Part shown: positions 62,072 through 64,000 of the stretch, in pieces
Layout: every line of letters begins with the position of its first letter
Position numbering within the stretch: the stretch's first letter is position 1
Source: Candidatus Poribacteria bacterium
Lineage (GTDB): Bacteria > Poribacteria > WGA-4E > WGA-3G
Direction: 5' to 3'
Assembly (NCBI GenBank): GCA_965232115.1
Contig: OZ246958.1
Location: 52,481 to 116,480, forward strand
DNA: 64,000 bases
Made by a program: the position numbers and the translations under genes
The notes under the pieces: generated by a model
Databases searched by the model: none
Told to the model about the DNA's origin: nothing
The model's input: only the letters and a program-made list of their open reading frames with translations

Positions 62072-63542
62072 TATGGAACTCACCCAATTGCCGATACCGA
62101 ATATTGAGTTGGGTTCGCCGGGGACCTTCAAAGATCCAAAAGTAGGACTTACGAAGGCAGGACCCTTTGACCTCCGTTTCGGTGCTACGCGAAAAAAAGA
62201 GATGCGCGTTGGGCTCGTTGGAAACTCTGATATGCTAAAGAAAGCACAACAGTGGCTTGACCGGTGTTGTGCGCCGATTCCCTCTAACATCAAAGATTCT
62301 ACACAACACCTTGATTTTCCTGGGTTTAACGCGGCCTTCCACACCTCACTCCTGTTTGACCGGCAATGGCAAACAGAAATTAATAACGGTATACTTGAAG
62401 TCGTGCTTAAGAAAGATCCGAAATCACGCTTTGAAGCAGTATTGGACATATATACAGATAGTGTAGAGAAATTAGCCGATAACACCAATATTCGCCCCGA
62501 TATTGTCTTATGCTGTCTACCTGATGATGTAGTTCAAACGTGCTGGAGTATCTCAAAATCTTTGACTTCAAGGCAGCGTAGGCTTATCAAGATGCGACAA
62601 GCTGAGCGTGAATCGGGACAACTACTTTTGTTTCAGGACATAGAAGAAACCGAGGGAGACTTGTTGAATCGAGATTTCAGACGGGCATTGAAGGCCCGAG
62701 CAATGAAATTTCGCATGCCAATTCAGATTGGGACCCGTAATTTGTTTGAAAATCAGAACACCAATCAAGATCCTGCGACGCGAGCGTGGAACATGAGCGT
62801 GGGGATCTATTATAAAGGAGGAGGAATACCGTGGCGTTTTAAATCTACTGGCCCAGAAACCTGCTTTGTCGGTATCAGTTTCCACCATTTGAGAACGCCC
62901 CGACAGCATCTCGTCTATTCAAGTTTGGCACAGGCTTTCTCAAGCCGCGGCGAGGGATTCGCTCTTCGCGGCGAGGCTATCCCATGGGACACAGGACAGG
63001 GGCGTAATGTACACCTAACAACAGATCAAGCAGCCAGATTAGCAGGTCAAATTCTTCAGAAATACAATGAACAAACTGATGGAAATCCACAGCGCGTCGT
63101 GCTCCACAAAACATCAAGATTCGACGAGTCTGAGCAAGAAGGCTTTCGACATGGTTTTCGCGATATTCCCATCGTCGAATTAATGAGTATTATGCCTACA
63201 CAGTTTCGACTTTTGACGTATGGAACATATCCACCGAGGAGAGGTACGCTTTGTACTGTGAATAAAACAGCCGCATATCTATTCACCACAGGTTACATGC
63301 CTGAATGGCGAACATACCCTGGGCCTCACATTCCTGCTCCTGTAAGACTTGTAAGCGATGATGATGTTGACATGTATCAGGCCGCCTCAGATATCCTCGG
63401 GCTTGCCCGTATGAATTGGAATACGGCAAGTATGAGCAGTGCCCACCCGGTAACACTCTTCTTTTCTCGACGAGTCGGTGGCATTATGGCAGAAGTGGGA
63501 CCAAACCGTGTACCACATCCTTCCTTCCGCTATTATATATAA
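62061..63542 (+). CDS. Short prokaryotic Argonaute (MID-PIWI), catalytically inactive
   Basis: PIWI motifs AWNMSVGIYYKGGGIPWRF, CFVGISF (Ser where the catalytic Asp is expected), VVLHKTSRF and LARMNWNT. 493 aa with no PAZ or N domain. Overlaps the upstream gene by 11 nt. Confidence 0.8.
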   Translation: MLIDMELTQLPIPNIELGSPGTFKDPKVGLTKAGPFDLRFGATRKKEMRVGLVGNSDMLKKAQQWLDRCCAPIPSNIKDSTQHLDFPGFNAAFHTSLLFDRQWQTEINNGILEVVLKKDPKSRFEAVLDIYTDSVEKLADNTNIRPDIVLCCLPDDVVQTCWSISKSLTSRQRRLIKMRQAERESGQLLLFQDIEETEGDLLNRDFRRALKARAMKFRMPIQIGTRNLFENQNTNQDPATRAWNMSVGIYYKGGGIPWRFKSTGPETCFVGISFHHLRTPRQHLVYSSLAQAFSSRGEGFALRGEAIPWDTGQGRNVHLTTDQAARLAGQILQKYNEQTDGNPQRVVLHKTSRFDESEQEGFRHGFRDIPIVELMSIMPTQFRLLTYGTYPPRRGTLCTVNKTAAYLFTTGYMPEWRTYPGPHIPAPVRLVSDDDVDMYQAASDILGLARMNWNTASMSSAHPVTLFFSRRVGGIMAEVGPNRVPHPSFRYYI

Positions 63543-63615
63543 AACGCAAGATATCTTCTCTCGTACTTATCCCTATTCCTTTCCCGCCCCTGATTCCCCT
63601 TACGCTATTTTCCAC

Positions 63616-63644
63616 TTGACATCTATCCGAAAACCCTCTAAAAT
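63616..63644 (+). promoter_or_regulatory. Consensus sigma70 promoter TTGACA - 17 nt - TAAAAT
   Basis: Read directly. 39 nt upstream of the sulfatase ATG. Confidence 0.65.
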
Positions 63645-63682
63645 GGAAACAGCCAAACCAAAATAGAGAGGAAAATAGAAAC

Positions 63683-64000
63683 ATGCCACAAACTGACGCA
63701 AATCAACCCAATGTTATCGTCTTTTTCACCGACCAGCAGCGATGGGATACCTCCGGCTTGCATGGAAACCCACTCGACCTAACCCCCAATTTCGACCGGA
63801 TGGCACAACGCGGCACACACGTCCATCGCTCTTTTACATGTCAACCCGTCTGTGGACCCGCCCGTTCATGTCTGCAAACTGGACTATACGCGACCCGCAC
63901 AGGATGCTTTCGAAACGGTATCCCGTTGTCCCCAAACCTCAAGACCCTCGCACACCACTTCGGTGAGGCAGGTTACGCCACGGGATACATCGGCAAGTGG
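63683..64000 (+). CDS. Sulfatase, 5' part (runs off the window)
   Basis: Own translation: MPQTDANQPNVIVFFTDQQRWDT...FTCQPVCGPARSCLQTG (C-x-P-x-R). Not in the ORF track because no stop lies within the window. Confidence 0.8.
   Translation, partial: MPQTDANQPNVIVFFTDQQRWDTSGLHGNPLDLTPNFDRMAQRGTHVHRSFTCQPVCGPARSCLQTGLYATRTGCFRNGIPLSPNLKTLAHHFGEAGYATGYIGKW

Overview
Bacterial window in three blocks. The gene content (a DUF1549/DUF1553 + DUF1501 pair, a PSCyt1 domain, sulfatases plus FGE, LamG, WD40 and BNR propellers) suggests a PVC/Planctomycetota-like or related candidate-phylum genome, which cannot be proven from this window. (1) Bases 17-26147 form one co-directional minus-strand respiratory supercluster. 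It holds Rieske / cytochrome b6 / subunit IV plus an octahaem cytochrome c, and a cytochrome bd-like membrane protein set among c-type cytochromes and two cupredoxins. It also holds an ABC-2 exporter, an aa3-type haem-copper oxidase (CoxII, CoxI, two CoxIII-family genes, CoxIV), CtaA/CtaB, Sco1 and a Usp fusion protein. (2) Bases 26.6-38.5 kb carry secreted LamG and PPC-domain proteins, an IS982-family element, the DUF1549/1553-DUF1501 operon and a WD40 protein. (3) Bases 39.5-63.5 kb are accessory and rich in defence genes. They include an orphan beta-class DNA methyltransferase next to a MazEF-like pair, sulfatases, YceI, a 1361-aa BNR-repeat lipoprotein, Uma2, a C5 methyltransferase, a vWA + SNF2/SWIM pair, LamG, FGE and a Dam-like MTase + PD-(D/E)xK endonuclease. 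Two findings stand out in this block. A PSCyt1-WD40 protein completes a C-terminal HMA domain only by reading through an in-frame TGA at the first Cys position of GMTCxxC, with a SECIS-like hairpin downstream, making it a candidate selenoprotein. A catalytically dead short pAgo is translationally coupled to a 921-aa SIR2 protein that carries an extra Schlafen/AlbA_2 + HATPase_c_4-like module. Non-coding highlights are heptanucleotide (STRR-like) tandem repeats arranged as inverted arms in at least 10 intergenic spacers, a ~55-nt orientation-specific pre-start element in 3-4 copies, REP-like hairpins, a ~320-nt structured leader, and several consensus sigma70 promoters. No rRNA, tRNA or CRISPR array was recognised.
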